Below, in pieces: positions 20,607-21,647 of a stretch of DNA of 21,647 bases. Below the pieces are notes generated by a model. That model was given only the letters and a program-made list of their open reading frames with translations. It made no database searches and was not told the DNA's origin. The number at the start of each line of letters is the position of its first letter. Positions within the stretch are counted from its first letter, which is position 1. This stretch comes from a virus: positions 1 to 21,647 of the IMG/VR virus record IMGVR_UViG_3300012849_000001; one strand, written 5' to 3'. The position numbers and the translations under genes were made by a program.

Positions 20607-20896
20607 GATGCGACCACCTCGAGCGCGGGGTCGCCGCCAGCGCGTCGGCGACCGGACGAGGGGTGACGGTGCCAGCCGGTCGGCTCAGCCTCGGTCGCAG
20701 GGTCCCAGACCACGGCCGCGACGATCGCGAGCTCGCGCGTCGCGTAGCACCAGCGGTCGTCGTAGTAGCCGGCGCCCTGCTGGCCGATGATGATCGCGTG
20801 CGTGTACAGGAACGGCACGACCCAGATGCCGCGGCCGTCCGGCAGCTCGTCGATGAACCAGCCCTCGACGACGTCGTCCCAGTCGCCCGGCTTCAC
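20603..20896 (-). CDS. Hypothetical protein, 97 aa
   Basis: GTG 20896 overlaps the upstream TGA (GTGA). Translation starts MKPGDWDDVVEGWFIDELPDGRGIWVVPFLY... Confidence 0.6.
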   Translation of the reverse strand: MKPGDWDDVVEGWFIDELPDGRGIWVVPFLYTHAIIIGQQGAGYYDDRWCYATRELAIVAAVVWDPATEAEPTGWHRHPSSGRRRAGGDPALEVVAS

Positions 20897-21024
20897 AGCT
20901 CACCCCCTGCACCGAGGAAGATCGCCAACAGCAGCCCGCCAACAGCGATCGCGCCGACAAACGCCGTCGCGGCGATCGCGATCGCCGCCCGCGGATCCCG
21001 CCGCGCCCAGTCCGGCCGGCTCAC
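20893..21024 (-). CDS. Small single-pass membrane protein, 43 aa (below the ORF-track cutoff)
   Basis: GTG 21024 overlaps the upstream TGA, and its own TGA overlaps the next GTG. Translation is VSRPDWARRDPRAAIAIAATAFVGAIAVGGLLLAIFLGAGGEL. Confidence 0.5.
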   Translation of the reverse strand: MSRPDWARRDPRAAIAIAATAFVGAIAVGGLLLAIFLGAGGEL

Positions 21025-21647
21025 GACGTCGCCTCCGGGATGGATAGCTGCATCGCGTCGAGCAGCTCGCGCAGCGCGTCGACGAGGCGCCCGGTTGTGT
21101 CGGTGTTGGCGTAGGCCTCAGCGGCGTGCCGGCGATACACGCGGCCGTAGGCGCCGCCGGCGAGATCGACTGCGATCGCCGACACGTACTCGTAGCCGGC
21201 CGGGTCGTCCGCGATGCGGTGCGTCTCCCAGTACCCGGCTGGCCGAGCGTCGCCGTCGATGCCGTACCCCTCGCTCACGAGGACCAGGCCGAGCGGGGTG
21301 AGCTCCTCGGGGAACTGCATGATCCCGATCTGCCTGACCGCGCCCGCGAGTGTGCGCAGCACGGCGAACGGTGAGGCGAAGCTCCAGACGGAGTCCGGGA
21401 ACGCGAGAACGCCGCGCAGAGCGCCCTCGCGGTCCTGACACAGCACGGCCAGCGTCGGCGCCTCGTCCCACACGTTGGTGCGCCGGAAGTCGTCGATCAC
21501 GGCCGTCAGGAAGTCGTCGATGCTCTCGTCGGGCTCATCGTCGGCGCGCCGGTGGCAGGCACACACGCATGATGCGTCGTTGCACCATGCGTGCGCGCCC
21601 ACGTCGCAGGACGACGAGATCTCCTCGCGGTCCCGCGGCCGCGTCCA
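21021..21647 (-). CDS. Junction-spanning zinc-ribbon protein, C-terminal 208 aa of about 244 (continues upstream at 124..231)
   Basis: The ORF is open to the window end. A second Cys cluster is CDVGAHAWCNDASCVCACH. The C-terminal domain is unrecognised. Confidence 0.7.
   Translation of the reverse strand, partial: WTRPRDREEISSSCDVGAHAWCNDASCVCACHRRADDEPDESIDDFLTAVIDDFRRTNVWDEAPTLAVLCQDREGALRGVLAFPDSVWSFASPFAVLRTLAGAVRQIGIMQFPEELTPLGLVLVSEGYGIDGDARPAGYWETHRIADDPAGYEYVSAIAVDLAGGAYGRVYRRHAAEAYANTDTTGRLVDALRELLDAMQLSIPEATS
21525..21647. repeat. Terminal direct repeat, copy 2 (identical to 1..123)
   Basis: Read directly; it lies inside a minus-strand CDS. Confidence 0.95.

Larger units (their letters stand above)
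1..21647. mobile_element. Complete temperate siphovirus-like phage genome, circular or permuted representation (unit 21,524 bp)
   Basis: Exact 123-bp overlap of the two window ends. Integrase/repressor, lysis, tail, head, terminase and early modules are all present. Only one copy of the tRNA-like att core is present, so this is the attP form, not attL/attR. Confidence 0.85.

Noticed and set aside
1-21647. CRISPR array, retron, diversity-generating retroelement, or toxin-antitoxin pair
   Set aside because: No spaced repeat array was seen. No reverse-transcriptase-like ORF is present. No template/variable repeat pair lies near the tail fiber genes. None of the small gene pairs shows a toxin or antitoxin signature I can recognise.

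Overview
This high-G+C, actinobacterial-type window is a complete, circularly closed temperate siphovirus-like phage genome. Bases 1-123 are identical to 21525-21647, giving a unit length of 21,524 bp. Four + strand genes (HTH repressor-like, a coupled 55-aa ORF, a 277-aa tyrosine integrase, a lipoprotein moron) face about 45 tightly packed minus-strand genes. In transcription order the minus-strand genes are: a Cro/Xis-like HTH and small early proteins (many Cys/His-rich), a P-loop-HNH fusion, a small-terminase-position gene, TerL, portal, HK97-type prohead protease, HK97-fold major capsid protein, connectors, a major-tail candidate, tape measure, a distal-tail candidate, a 725-aa tail protein with two CBM-like modules, an S74-chaperone tail fiber, endolysin, holin and a HIRAN-like protein. 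More than 20 gene junctions are ATGA/GTGA 4-nt overlaps, so many ORF-track entries were trimmed to internal starts, and several ORFs under 60 aa missing from the track were added. The most notable observation is a 33-nt tRNA fragment (T arm, acceptor strand, CCA), a putative attP core, lying inside the repressor-like ORF next to int, while Int ends in ...EFAAA. This is the architecture of integration-dependent immunity known from mycobacteriophages, here in a minimal genome with no recognisable replication genes and no LysB. Other items are a 363-bp early intergenic region (sigma70-like promoter flanked by two identical 13-mers, plus a G-run tract), a + strand intrinsic terminator in an otherwise minus-strand region upstream of the terminase genes, a TerL with no canonical start downstream of the preceding stop, and a C7 tract that could fuse two overlapping genes. 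All functional calls come from motif recognition by eye; no database search or folding computation was possible.
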